Shown in pieces: positions 9,480 to 18,658 of a DNA stretch of 36,635 nt (positions are counted from its first letter, which is position 1; each line of letters starts with the position of its first letter). This stretch comes from a virus (taxonomy: Duplodnaviria; Heunggongvirae; Uroviricota; Caudoviricetes): the IMG/VR virus record IMGVR_UViG_2744054854_000005; one strand, given 5' to 3'. The notes below the pieces were generated by a model that saw nothing but the letters and a program-made list of their open reading frames with translations, was not told the DNA's origin and did no database searches. Made by a program: the position numbers and the translations under genes.

Positions 9480-9713
9480 ATGCGCATTGAAATAATGATC
9501 GATAAAGAGCAGAAGATTAGCCAGTCTACCCTGGACGCTCTGGAGTCCGAGCTTTACCGCAACCTGCGCCCCCTGTATCCCAAAACGGTAATTCGTATCC
9601 GCAAAGGTAGCTCTAACGGTGTGGAACTTACCGGACTGCAACTGGACGAAGAAAGAAAACAAGTGATGAAAATTATGCAGAAAGTGTGGGAAGACGACAG
9701 CTGGCTGCATTAA
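9480..9713 (+). CDS. DinI-family protein
   Basis: 77 aa, MRIEIMIDKEQ...ELTGLQLDEERKQVMKIMQKVWEDDSW resembles the DinI/MsgA family. GAGGTG ribosome-binding site; coupled to the upstream ORF. Confidence 0.7.
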   Translation: MRIEIMIDKEQKISQSTLDALESELYRNLRPLYPKTVIRIRKGSSNGVELTGLQLDEERKQVMKIMQKVWEDDSWLH

Positions 9714-9848
9714 GAAACGTTGCTGGCGTCTGAACTTGCTTCTGGCGTCAGCAAGGTTGAACAACGAGCCCTTGCGAGGCGTTAGCTCTGTAGTGCATGT
9801 CTATGCCGCATGAGATCGCATGATCGTTTGAGGATCGTTTTTGCTAAG

Positions 9849-9872
9849 GCCCGCCAGAACTGGCGGGCTTTT
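9849..9872 (+). terminator. intrinsic terminator GCCCGCCAG-AA-CTGGCGGGC followed by TTTT
   Basis: 9-bp GC-rich perfect stem, short loop, T-run; ends the SOS operon. Confidence 0.7.
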
Positions 9873-9917
9873 GCGTAGATCATGCAGGTGCATGAAAACC
9901 ACTGCATAAAGCGGGCA

Positions 9918-9936
9918 GGCGTGGCGGGGATACGAG
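9918..9936. promoter_or_regulatory. probable cos site (GGCGTGGCGGGGATACGAG)
   Basis: GC-rich GGCG(A/T)GGCGGGGA motif, matching the start of the P2/186 cohesive-end sequence as recalled from memory, at the expected place near the portal gene. Confidence 0.4.
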
Positions 9937-10014
9937 CGCGCGCTCATGGTTGTCAGTAAGAATTTATGGTATTTACAATATATAAATAATCACCATTTCA
10001 AGGAGATCTGTTGC

Positions 10015-10719
10015 ATGGCTATGTTAGTGGAAAATTGCCCAAGGTGCGGTGCGCAAAAAATAGCATTTGATGTTCGAGGGGCTAACTGCTGTGGTACGTA
10101 TGAAACATTTTCCGGCGAAAATTTACCCGAATATGAAGTATATTGTGTATGCAGGGAGTGTAAGAAAACCACAATATATATTTGCGATAGTTTAGAACGG
10201 GGGCGTGATCTTAGCAGTATTAACTGGGGCATGGCCTTATTTAAGTTAACTGATATTGCAAAAGTAAAACGTCCAATTAGTCCAGCAGATTTAGATGCAG
10301 GAGAACCACCAGAATTTTTGCCTCAGCATATACATGAAGCTTTTGTAGAAGGTTCTAAGTGTTTAGCTATTGGTTGCTATAACGCAGCAGGAACTATGTT
10401 TAGGTTATGTTTGGATTATGCAACAAAGGACTTATTACCCAAGGAAGATGCTGAACCAAATCAAAAAATACGGCGAAGCTTAGGGTTAAGAATGAATTGG
10501 TTGTTTGATAATCAGCGGTTGCCAGAGACTTTAAGAGACTTGGCTGAATGTGTAAAAGATGATGGCAATGACGGCGCGCATGAAGGAGTTTTAGATTACG
10601 CGGCTGCAGAGGATCTTGAAGAGTTCACTTATATATTGTTGGAACGTTTATATACTGAACCTCAACGCCTTGTTCAGGCAAAAGCAAGACGTGAGGATAG
10701 AAGAAAAAATAGAGGGTAG
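10015..10719 (+). CDS. zinc-ribbon plus DUF4145-like protein; candidate defense/abortive-infection cargo
   Basis: 234 aa from an internal ATG with AGGAG ribosome-binding site and TATAAA -10-like element upstream. N-terminal CPRCG...CVCREC zinc ribbon; C-terminal region with GNDGAHEG, reminiscent of the conserved R..GN..AH motif of DUF4145. AT-rich; convergent with Q, 8 bp between stops. Confidence 0.65.
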   Translation: MAMLVENCPRCGAQKIAFDVRGANCCGTYETFSGENLPEYEVYCVCRECKKTTIYICDSLERGRDLSSINWGMALFKLTDIAKVKRPISPADLDAGEPPEFLPQHIHEAFVEGSKCLAIGCYNAAGTMFRLCLDYATKDLLPKEDAEPNQKIRRSLGLRMNWLFDNQRLPETLRDLAECVKDDGNDGAHEGVLDYAAAEDLEEFTYILLERLYTEPQRLVQAKARREDRRKNRG

Positions 10720-10727
10720 AACGGCAA

Positions 10728-11777
10728 TTATTTTACATCATCACCCAATTCATAAGGAGAAAATGTAATTATTGCTTCCCCAAGCCAGTCATTTAATTCC
10801 TGCAAACGTTTTTGCAAGGGGATTAACTCATTGCGGACAAATACGCGACTGGCTTTTTCTACATCACCAAAACCGCCTGTATTGTTGGGAATAATCCCCA
10901 TCATTTGCGGCGGTACGCGGTGTGCTGCCAGCATATCATCGCGGCTCACGTTCTTGATGTTCAGAAATTCATCCTTTGCAGCAACCTCGGACAACGGAAT
11001 GATCTGGATACCATCTTTTTTCCCGTTGGGGGAGTACATAAACAGGTTGCGGAAGTTGCCAGGTCCTTTGGCGCTTTTCATTGCCTGGCGGATATTGTTC
11101 ACATCCTCCTGATTCTGTGCTGCATCAGTCATGTACATTATGAAGCCAGCATGGCTGCCGTTGATATAATACTTACGGCGAAATAGCGTTGCGGACTCGT
11201 TGAGGAGTGTTGATGGGATAGCGGAGAGATAGCCGGGCAACCCATAAATCTCTTGGTTAATATCCGGCTCCATCAGATGGAAGACGTTGCCACGTGTAAA
11301 TTCATAAGGCTGTGTGGTCAGGCCATACTGAACAAACCAGTAGGTATCGAGATCCACACCACGCCGTGTATATTTCGCCAGTGCTGGTTCCAACGAGAGA
11401 ACGCCGCCGAGTCGGTTGGTGCGCTTTTCCAGATAGGCGTTACCGAACACAAGATAGTCCTGAACGAAACGGGCAAAAGCCTGCTGGCTGAGCAGGCGGT
11501 GCGGAATGTAGGTACTGCTTAGAATGTCGCGCTTAACCGCTATTGGTGAGCTGTGATGCACGGCGGCGCGGTAGGTTCGCGCCAGTCCGTCAAAGCTTAC
11601 CGGCGGCTCATACCAGCGTTCTATCTGCACACATTCCACATAGTCCAGCAACTCTCGGCGGTCCAGCACCGGGATAGGATCGCCAAAAGTGAATGCCTCG
11701 GCTCTGGTGGATGTGCCTGTCTGCTCAATGCCATCAGATGTTGCTGTGTTGCTGATATTACCGAGTTCACTCATCAA
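10728..11777 (-). CDS. Q: portal protein
   Basis: 349 aa, P2 gpQ-like; overlaps the P stop. Confidence 0.9.
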   Translation of the reverse strand: MMSELGNISNTATSDGIEQTGTSTRAEAFTFGDPIPVLDRRELLDYVECVQIERWYEPPVSFDGLARTYRAAVHHSSPIAVKRDILSSTYIPHRLLSQQAFARFVQDYLVFGNAYLEKRTNRLGGVLSLEPALAKYTRRGVDLDTYWFVQYGLTTQPYEFTRGNVFHLMEPDINQEIYGLPGYLSAIPSTLLNESATLFRRKYYINGSHAGFIMYMTDAAQNQEDVNNIRQAMKSAKGPGNFRNLFMYSPNGKKDGIQIIPLSEVAAKDEFLNIKNVSRDDMLAAHRVPPQMMGIIPNNTGGFGDVEKASRVFVRNELIPLQKRLQELNDWLGEAIITFSPYELGDDVK

Positions 11778-13540
11778 AAAATCTCCACAATATTGCTGGT
11801 ATTGGCGGATTCGCCCTGCAGCGGTTCGTTAAACAGTGCGTGCATCGTTGCCCAGGCCAAATCTGCGTGGCTGGCTTCTTCGCTGCGGCTGGCTTCATAG
11901 GTAGGGCGGTTGCCGCTGGCGGTTGTGGCGCGGCGGATAGCCATAAAGGACTGCGCAATGTCGGTGTGCCCGGCGTCAAACTCCAGACGGCGGTGGCTGA
12001 TAATGTCGTATGCTTTGAGCACCAGGGCGTTTTTAATATTGGGGTTGTAGACAAACTCCCGGACAGCGGGAAAGAACGCTTTTACGTTCTCGTAAACGCC
12101 GTGACCGACGCCGGTCGAGTCGATGCCGATATAGGTCACGTTGTACTGCTGCGTCAGTTTTTTAATGGCGTCAGACTGGGCGCGGAAGTCCATCCCGCGC
12201 CACTGGTGTCGCTCCAGAATACGGAACTTCCCGCCCGGTACAGTGGGCGGTGCCATAACCACGCAGCCTGCGCTGTCACCGTTCTGCGTACCTTTCGCCG
12301 GGTCATAACCGATCCAGACTTCTCGCCAGCCAAACGGGCGCAGCGCCAGCGCCTGAAAATCTGTCCATACTTCCCAGCTGTCCACCATGCACGCCTGCAG
12401 CTCGCTGAGCGGGAATACTGACGCCAGATCGTCAATAAATTCGCACATCAGCAGGTTCTGGTATTCGTCAGGGCTGTACTCCATGCGCAGCTGGTCGAGG
12501 TCGAACAGATTACAGCCGCCGCGCACCGCATCCTCCACGGTGACGATCTGGCGATACTGTCCGTCCGGGCAGAGCACGCCGCGCGCAAGGTTGCTGTGGG
12601 TCAGGTCAATGTCCACCTTGTCTGCTTTGGCGCGGCCCCGGTTGAACAGCGCGCCGGACCAGAACGGATAGGCGCTGTGGGTCAGGCTGGACGGCGTGGA
12701 GAAGTAGGTTTGTCGCCATTTCTTGTGAATGGCCATACCGGAGGCAACCTTGCGCAACTCCTGGAATTTCGGTATCCAGAAATATTCATCAAGGTACAGG
12801 TTGCCGTGGTAGCTCTGCGCCGTGCGGGCGTTGGTGCCGAGGAAGTACAGGCACGCGCCGTTGCTGAGCGTCATCGGGTCGCCTTTCAGCTCAACATCCA
12901 CCTCTTTTGCAAAGTCGATGATGTACTGCTTAAAAACGTGTGCCTGCGCCTTACTGGCTGAGAGAAAAATCTGGTTGCGCCCCGTGGTGATGGCGTCAAT
13001 CAGCGCTTCGCGGGCAAAAAAGTATGTTGCCCCGATCTGGCGTGATTTAAGCAGGTTGCGAATGCGGTGTTTTACGCCTGCCTGCCACCAGTGGCGCTGA
13101 TATTCAAACATGCCGTTGCGGAAGATTTCCTCCAGCTTTTCGGTCTGTTCATCGGTAAAAACATTCTTTTCGGGCTGCCTGCGCGGGCCTTTGTTACGGT
13201 TGGCGACGTTTGGGTTTAAGTCAGCTTCGTTCCCGCCATCGTTAAATTTACCGATCCGGGCGTGGCGCTCTGACTGGCGCGCCAGCAGGTCAATTTCCTT
13301 GAAGTCTTTCCCTTCCTTCTGCTCCTTCATGATGAGCTGGCAGTAACGTGCGGCGGTGGTGAGCTGCATCTGATCCAGCGGCCCATAGTCGCCCCATTTG
13401 TCGCGCTTCTTCCAGCTGTGAACGGTTGCAACTTTCTCGCCCAGCATTTCAGCAATGCGGGCTACGCGGTATCCCTGAAAGTACAGCAGCATGGCCTGCC
13501 GACGGGGATCGAGGTCTGCGGGGGTCAGTGTGGTGTTCAT
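11774..13540 (-). CDS. P: terminase large (ATPase) subunit
   Basis: 588 aa, P2 gpP-like; divergent from the O N M L operon. Confidence 0.9.
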   Translation of the reverse strand: MNTTLTPADLDPRRQAMLLYFQGYRVARIAEMLGEKVATVHSWKKRDKWGDYGPLDQMQLTTAARYCQLIMKEQKEGKDFKEIDLLARQSERHARIGKFNDGGNEADLNPNVANRNKGPRRQPEKNVFTDEQTEKLEEIFRNGMFEYQRHWWQAGVKHRIRNLLKSRQIGATYFFAREALIDAITTGRNQIFLSASKAQAHVFKQYIIDFAKEVDVELKGDPMTLSNGACLYFLGTNARTAQSYHGNLYLDEYFWIPKFQELRKVASGMAIHKKWRQTYFSTPSSLTHSAYPFWSGALFNRGRAKADKVDIDLTHSNLARGVLCPDGQYRQIVTVEDAVRGGCNLFDLDQLRMEYSPDEYQNLLMCEFIDDLASVFPLSELQACMVDSWEVWTDFQALALRPFGWREVWIGYDPAKGTQNGDSAGCVVMAPPTVPGGKFRILERHQWRGMDFRAQSDAIKKLTQQYNVTYIGIDSTGVGHGVYENVKAFFPAVREFVYNPNIKNALVLKAYDIISHRRLEFDAGHTDIAQSFMAIRRATTASGNRPTYEASRSEEASHADLAWATMHALFNEPLQGESANTSNIVEIF

Positions 13541-13586
13541 GGCACAAACATACGGCCTTGACAGGCGGCTTTCCCCGGCTGCGGTT

Positions 13587-13604
13587 TGTGTGGTTTACCG
13601 TACA
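13587..13604 (+). promoter_or_regulatory. late-promoter activator site TGT-N12-ACA (Ogr-type) upstream of O
   Basis: TGTGTGGTTTACCGTACA, about 88 bp upstream of the O start; P2 late promoters carry this dyad near -55. Confidence 0.5.
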
Positions 13605-13682
13605 AGTGCCGCGCGTTGTTTCACTCCCCCCATCACCGCAAACATAAGGCTCCAGTAAGTTTTTTCTAACGGAGCACGGCTC

Positions 13683-14516
13683 ATGACAGTGAAAGCAAAG
13701 CGTTTCCGTATCGGGGTGGAAGGTGCCACCACTGACGGGCGCGAAATCCAGCGTGAATGGCTGGTACAGATGGCTGCCAGCTATAACCCGACGGTCTATA
13801 CCGCGCTGATTAACCTTGAGCACATCAAGTCTTATCTGCCGGACAGCACCTTTAACCGCTATGGCAGGGTGACGGGGCTGGTTGCAGAAGAAATCAAGGA
13901 CGGGCCGCTGGCGGGCAAGATGGCGCTTTATGCCGATATCGAACCCACGGACGCCCTGGTGGAACTGGTGAAGAAAGGCCAGAAGCTTTTCACCTCCATG
14001 GAGGTCAGCACGAAGTTTGCCGACACCGGTAAAGCCTATCTTGTGGGGCTGGGTGCGACGGACGATCCGGCGAGCCTTGGCACCGAAATGCTGGCATTCA
14101 GCGCCACCGCCGCGCATAACCCGCTGGCGAACCGTAAGCAGAACCCTGAAAACCTGTTTTCGGAAGCGGTTGAAACGCTGATTGAACTGGAAGAAGCCCA
14201 GGACGAAAAGCCGTCCCTCTTTGCCCGCGTCACCGCGCTGTTCACCAAAAAAGAGCAGACCGATGAGGCGCGTTTCTCCGATGTGCATAAAGCCGTGGAA
14301 CTTGTCGCCACCGAGCAGCAGAACCTGAGCGAACGCACGGATAAATCCCTGTCCGAACAGGACAAGCGCCTTTCTGAGCTGGAGTCCTCCCTGCAGGAGC
14401 AGCAGACCGCCTTTGCCGAGCTTGAGAAAAAGCTGAGCAGCGAAGACAGCCGAAAAGACTACCGCCAGCGCGCGCCGGGCGGTGACGCACCGGCAGGCAC
14501 CCTGACCAATTGCTGA
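13683..14516 (+). CDS. O: capsid scaffolding protein
   Basis: 277 aa, recalled as similar to P2 gpO (RIGVEGATTDGREI..., ends TLTNC). Confidence 0.9.
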   Translation: MTVKAKRFRIGVEGATTDGREIQREWLVQMAASYNPTVYTALINLEHIKSYLPDSTFNRYGRVTGLVAEEIKDGPLAGKMALYADIEPTDALVELVKKGQKLFTSMEVSTKFADTGKAYLVGLGATDDPASLGTEMLAFSATAAHNPLANRKQNPENLFSEAVETLIELEEAQDEKPSLFARVTALFTKKEQTDEARFSDVHKAVELVATEQQNLSERTDKSLSEQDKRLSELESSLQEQQTAFAELEKKLSSEDSRKDYRQRAPGGDAPAGTLTNC

Positions 14517-14532
14517 TGGAGCATAAAACCCG

Positions 14533-15594
14533 ATGAAAAAGAAAACCCGCTTTGCCTTTAACGCTTACCTGCAGCAGCTGGCGCGCCTGAACGGTGTGGA
14601 GATTGAAGAACTCTCCAGTAAGTTCACCGTAGAGCCGTCCGTGCAGCAGACGCTGGAAGACCAGATCCAGCAGTCCGCCGCTTTCCTGACGCTGATTAAC
14701 ATCACACCGGTCACTGAGCAGTCCGGGCAGTTGCTGGGGCTGGGCGTTGGCAGCACCATTGCCGGAACCACCGATACCACCACCAAAGAGCGCGAGCCTA
14801 CCGATCCGACGCTGATGGAAGACGTGGAATACAAATGCGAGCAGACCAACTTTGATACGGTGCTGACCTACGCAAAACTGGACCTGTGGGCGAAATTCCA
14901 GGACTTCCAGGTGCGTATCCGCAACGCCATCGTCAAGCGTCAGGCGCTGGACCGCATCATGATCGGCTTTAACGGCGTGAAGCGTGCCAAAACCTCCAAC
15001 CGTGCTGAGAACCCGCTGCTGCAGGACGTCAATAAAGGCTGGCTGCAGAAAATCCGCGAAGACGCGCCGGATCACGTCATGGGCAGCACCACGAAAGACG
15101 GTGCAACGACTGCAGGCGCGGTCAAGGTGGGCAAGGGCGGCGACTATGCCAACCTGGACGCCGTGGTGATGGATGCCGTCAACGAGCTGATCGACGCGGT
15201 TTATCAGGATGATGACGATCTGGTTGTCGTCTGCGGACGTGAACTGCTGTCTGACAAGTATTTCCCGCTGGTCAACAAAGAGCAGGACAACAGCGAGAAA
15301 ATCGCCGCCGATCTGATCATCAGCCAGAAACGTATGGGCGGCCTGCAGGCTGTGCGTGCGCCTTATTTCCCGGCAAATGCCCTGCTGATCACCCGTCTGG
15401 ATAACCTGTCCATCTACTGGCAGGAAGATACCCGACGCCGTTCTGTTATCGACAACCCGAAACGTGACCGGATTGAAAACTTTGAATCCGTCAACGAGGC
15501 GTATGTGGTCGAGGACTACCGCTGTGCGGCGCTGGTTGAAAACATTGAAATCGGTGATTTCAGCGCGCCTGCCGCACCGGAAGGTGGGGAATAA
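14533..15594 (+). CDS. N: major capsid protein
   Basis: 353 aa, P2 gpN-like, in conserved position. Confidence 0.9.
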   Translation: MKKKTRFAFNAYLQQLARLNGVEIEELSSKFTVEPSVQQTLEDQIQQSAAFLTLINITPVTEQSGQLLGLGVGSTIAGTTDTTTKEREPTDPTLMEDVEYKCEQTNFDTVLTYAKLDLWAKFQDFQVRIRNAIVKRQALDRIMIGFNGVKRAKTSNRAENPLLQDVNKGWLQKIREDAPDHVMGSTTKDGATTAGAVKVGKGGDYANLDAVVMDAVNELIDAVYQDDDDLVVVCGRELLSDKYFPLVNKEQDNSEKIAADLIISQKRMGGLQAVRAPYFPANALLITRLDNLSIYWQEDTRRRSVIDNPKRDRIENFESVNEAYVVEDYRCAALVENIEIGDFSAPAAPEGGE

Positions 15595-15597
15595 CAC

Positions 15598-16248
15598 ATG
15601 AGCCTGAGTCCCGCACGGCAGCACCGCCTGCGCATTCAGGCCGAACAGGCCGCCCGTGAGGGCGGCAGTGTTCGCCATGCGTCGGGCTATGACCTGATGC
15701 TGCTGCAGCTGGCAGAAGACCGCCGCCGCCTCAAGGGCGTCCAGTCCACGGTGAAAAAGGCGGAAATCAAGGTGGAGCTGCTGCCGAAATATTCCGCCTG
15801 GGCGGAGGGCGTGCTGGCTGCCGGAGGTGCGCAGCAGGATGACGTGCTGATGTACGTGATGCTGTGGCGTATCGACGCCGGTAATTATGCCGGTGCGCTG
15901 GAAATCGGGCGTCATGCGCTGCGCCATGGCTGGGTGATGCCGCTGGGCAACCGTAACGTGCAGACCGTGCTGGCAGAAGAAATGGCAGACGCGGCGCAGA
16001 GCGCTCTGCTAGCCGCAGCCGGTTTTGATGCCGATCTGCTTTTGCAGACGCTGGACCTGACAACCGATCTGGATATGCCGGACCAGTCGCGGGCGCGTCT
16101 GCATAAAGCCATCGGCGCTGTACTGAGCGAAAGTAACCCGGCATCTGCCCTGAATCACCTTACCCATGCGCTGCAGCTCGATCCCCGCTGTGGCGTGAAA
16201 AAAGAAAAGCAGCAGCTGGAGCGCAGACTGCGCAATGACAGCCGCTAA
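15598..16248 (+). CDS. M: terminase small (endonuclease) subunit
   Basis: 216 aa, P2 gpM-like. Confidence 0.85.
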   Translation: MSLSPARQHRLRIQAEQAAREGGSVRHASGYDLMLLQLAEDRRRLKGVQSTVKKAEIKVELLPKYSAWAEGVLAAGGAQQDDVLMYVMLWRIDAGNYAGALEIGRHALRHGWVMPLGNRNVQTVLAEEMADAAQSALLAAAGFDADLLLQTLDLTTDLDMPDQSRARLHKAIGAVLSESNPASALNHLTHALQLDPRCGVKKEKQQLERRLRNDSR

Positions 16249-16341
16249 AGAACGTGCCCCGCGCACGGGCGGCACGGGGTGGCGAAAGGCACTGCCACAT
16301 CAAAACCCCGTCCACCGCCCACTTATTCAGGAGAAAGCCGC

Positions 16342-16806
16342 ATGAAGTTTGTTGCGCCAGAACAGGCACCGGAACAGGCGGAGGTCATCAAAAATACGCC
16401 GTTCTGGCCTGATGTGGACCTGTCGGAATTTCGCAGTGTGATGCGCACTGATGGCACGGTGACGCAGCCGCGTTTAAAGCAGGTCGTGCTGACGGCGATC
16501 TCTGAGGTTAACGCTGAGCTGTACGACTTCCGCAAGCGTCAGCAGATGCTGAGCTGGCAGACACTTGCTGAGGTTCCTGCAGAAATGCTGGACGGTAAAA
16601 GCGAGCGTATCCAGCACTACCACAACGCTGTTTTTTGCTGGGCGCGCGCCGTGCTCAATGAGCGTTATCAGGACTATGACGCCACGGCGTCAGGCGTGAA
16701 GCGAGGGGAGGAGCTGGCGGAGGCCAGCGGCGATCTGTGGCGTGATGCCCGTTGGGCTATCAGCCGGGTGCAGGATGCACCGCACTGTACGGTGGAGCTT
16801 ATCTGA
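16342..16806 (+). CDS. L: head completion/stabilisation protein
   Basis: Internal ATG with AGGAGA ribosome-binding site; P2 gpL-like size and position. Confidence 0.8.
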   Translation: MKFVAPEQAPEQAEVIKNTPFWPDVDLSEFRSVMRTDGTVTQPRLKQVVLTAISEVNAELYDFRKRQQMLSWQTLAEVPAEMLDGKSERIQHYHNAVFCWARAVLNERYQDYDATASGVKRGEELAEASGDLWRDARWAISRVQDAPHCTVELI

Positions 16807-17009
16807 TGAAAGTGCGTGCGCATCAGTATGACACGGTGGACGCGCTTTGCTGGCGTCATTACGGGCGCACGCAGGGTGTCACTGAGCAGGTTCTGCAGGC
16901 AAATCCGGGGCTGGCTGAGTACGGCCCATTTTTACCGCACGGGCTGCAGGTGGAGCTGCCGGACATTACGGCGTCAACCACGGCGCAGACCGTCCAGCTA
17001 TGGGACTGA
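16806..17009 (+). CDS. X: tail protein X
   Basis: 67 aa (MKVRAHQYDTVDALCWRHYG...), ATG overlapping the L stop (TGATG). Confidence 0.75.
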   Translation: MKVRAHQYDTVDALCWRHYGRTQGVTEQVLQANPGLAEYGPFLPHGLQVELPDITASTTAQTVQLWD

Positions 17010-17012
17010 ATT

Positions 17013-17228
17013 ATGACGCTTGAACGAATCAGCGCCTTTATCACTTACTGCATCGCCGTGCTGCTGGCATGGCTGGGCGATCTGTCGCTCAAGGATGCGT
17101 CAACGGTTGGCGGCGTACTGATTGGTGTGCTGATGCTGGCTATCAACTGGTACTACAAACACCAGTCTTTCAAATTGTTACGTGGCGGCAAAATTTCGCG
17201 GGGGGAATATGAATCCTTCAATCGTTAA
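17013..17228 (+). CDS. Y: holin
   Basis: 71 aa with hydrophobic helices and a charged C-terminus, at the start of the lysis cassette. Confidence 0.7.
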   Translation: MTLERISAFITYCIAVLLAWLGDLSLKDASTVGGVLIGVLMLAINWYYKHQSFKLLRGGKISRGEYESFNR

Positions 17229-17718
17229 GCGCTGCCTTGTCGGGGCGGTGCTGGCTATCGCCGCCACGCTGCCCGGTTTCCAGTCGCTTCATACCTCCGT
17301 TGAGGGGCTGAAACTGATCGCCGATTACGAGGGATGCCGCCTGCAGCCTTATCAGTGCAGCGCGGGCGTGTGGACCGACGGGATCGGCAATACGTCCGGT
17401 GTGGTGCCGGGCAAAACTATCACGGAACGGCAGGCGGCGCAGGGACTTATCACCAATGTGCTGCGCGTGGAGCGGGCGCTGGAAAAATGTGTGGTGCAGC
17501 CGATGCCGCAAAAGGTCTATGACGCGGTGGTGTCGTTTGCTTTCAACGTGGGCACCGGCAACGCCTGCAGTTCCACGCTGGTTAAGTTGCTGAACCAGCG
17601 GCGCTGGGCGGATGCCTGCCATCAGCTGCCGCGCTGGGTGTATGTCAAAGGTGTGTTTAATCAGGGGCTGGACAACCGCCGCGCGCGGGAAATGGCCTGG
17701 TGCTTAAAAGGAGCATAA
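17209..17718 (+). CDS. K: endolysin (lysozyme-like, possible signal-anchor-release N-terminus)
   Basis: N-terminal hydrophobic segment then EGCRLQPYQCSAGVWTDGIGNT lysozyme-type motif; GGGGGA ribosome-binding site. Confidence 0.8.
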   Translation: MNPSIVKRCLVGAVLAIAATLPGFQSLHTSVEGLKLIADYEGCRLQPYQCSAGVWTDGIGNTSGVVPGKTITERQAAQGLITNVLRVERALEKCVVQPMPQKVYDAVVSFAFNVGTGNACSSTLVKLLNQRRWADACHQLPRWVYVKGVFNQGLDNRRAREMAWCLKGA

Positions 17719-17722
17719 CGGA

Positions 17723-18100
17723 ATGAAAAAGAAAGTCATGAGTGTTTTTTTCCAGCTGGCATGGGCTGCGCTGTTGGTTATCAGCCTGCTGTATCCGCGC
17801 AGCGGTGCGCCGGTTCTGGTTGGTGCGTCTGTCTGGGTGTCATGCTTCCTCGCCTGGCTGCTTGCTGCGCTGTGCGCTGTCGGGTGGTTCGCCGGAGATC
17901 GGGCACGCGATGAGGTCAGGGCGGCATTGCTGAAATTCAGGGCTCACCCTGTAAAACCCGTGCGTACATGGATAATCAGGCTGCTTATTGTTCTGTGCCT
18001 GGCGTTTTCGGGATGGGTGATCACCCTGGTGTTTTACCTGCTGACGCTGGTTCTGTATCAGATTGCCCGCGCGCAGCTTCATGAGCCGATGGCGGCCTGA
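17723..18100 (+). CDS. lysA: LysA-like membrane lysis accessory protein
   Basis: 125 aa, multi-pass hydrophobic; AAAGGAG ribosome-binding site. Confidence 0.6.
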   Translation: MKKKVMSVFFQLAWAALLVISLLYPRSGAPVLVGASVWVSCFLAWLLAALCAVGWFAGDRARDEVRAALLKFRAHPVKPVRTWIIRLLIVLCLAFSGWVITLVFYLLTLVLYQIARAQLHEPMAA

Positions 18101-18552
18101 TGCGTGCGCTGGCGGTAGTGCTGGCGCTGGCACTTGCGGCGCTGGGCTGGCAGTCGTGGCGGCTTAACAATGCCAGCAACACCATCGAGACGCAGGGCGC
18201 GGCGCTGAAAAGCAAAACGCAGGAGCTGACGAAGAAAAACAGCCAGCTGATTGGCCTGTCCATTCTGACCGAAACCAACAGCCGGGCGCAGACGCGACTT
18301 TATGCAACAGCGGAGCAGACCACCGCATTGCTGCGAAGCCGCCAGCGCCGGATCGAGGAACTGAAACGTGAAAACGAGGATTTGCGCCGCTGGGCTGACA
18401 CTCCTTTGCCTGCTGACATTATCCGGCTGCGGGAGCGTCCGGCCCTCGCCGGAGGTGCAGCTTACCGTGAGTGGCTGTCCCAGAGTGACGCAGTGCCGCC
18501 TGGAAAGGTCAGCGCCGCGCAGCAACGGCGATCTGAATACGGTGCTGGATGA
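18100..18552 (+). CDS. lysB: LysB (Rz-like i-spanin)
   Basis: N-terminal membrane anchor then coiled coil; position after lysA. Confidence 0.65.
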   Translation: MRALAVVLALALAALGWQSWRLNNASNTIETQGAALKSKTQELTKKNSQLIGLSILTETNSRAQTRLYATAEQTTALLRSRQRRIEELKRENEDLRRWADTPLPADIIRLRERPALAGGAAYREWLSQSDAVPPGKVSAAQQRRSEYGAG

Positions 18553-18658
18553 AACCGAGGCCGCCTGGGCGGTCTGTGCTGACAAAGTGGACACGATTAT
18601 TGCGTGTCAGGAGCGAGACAGTGAACAAACCGCAGTCCTTACGCAGCGCCCTGAATAA
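18368..18658 (+). CDS. lysC: LysC (Rz1-like o-spanin lipoprotein), embedded in and extending beyond lysB in another frame
   Basis: GTG start; signal peptide with lipobox LSGC. Confidence 0.55.
   Translation: MKTRICAAGLTLLCLLTLSGCGSVRPSPEVQLTVSGCPRVTQCRLERSAPRSNGDLNTVLDETEAAWAVCADKVDTIIACQERDSEQTAVLTQRPE

Noticed and set aside
14242-15927. 561-aa minus-strand ORF
   Set aside because: Lies antisense to the conserved capsid genes N and M; a long open antisense frame is expected in GC-rich coding DNA, and it has no ribosome-binding site or protein-like composition.
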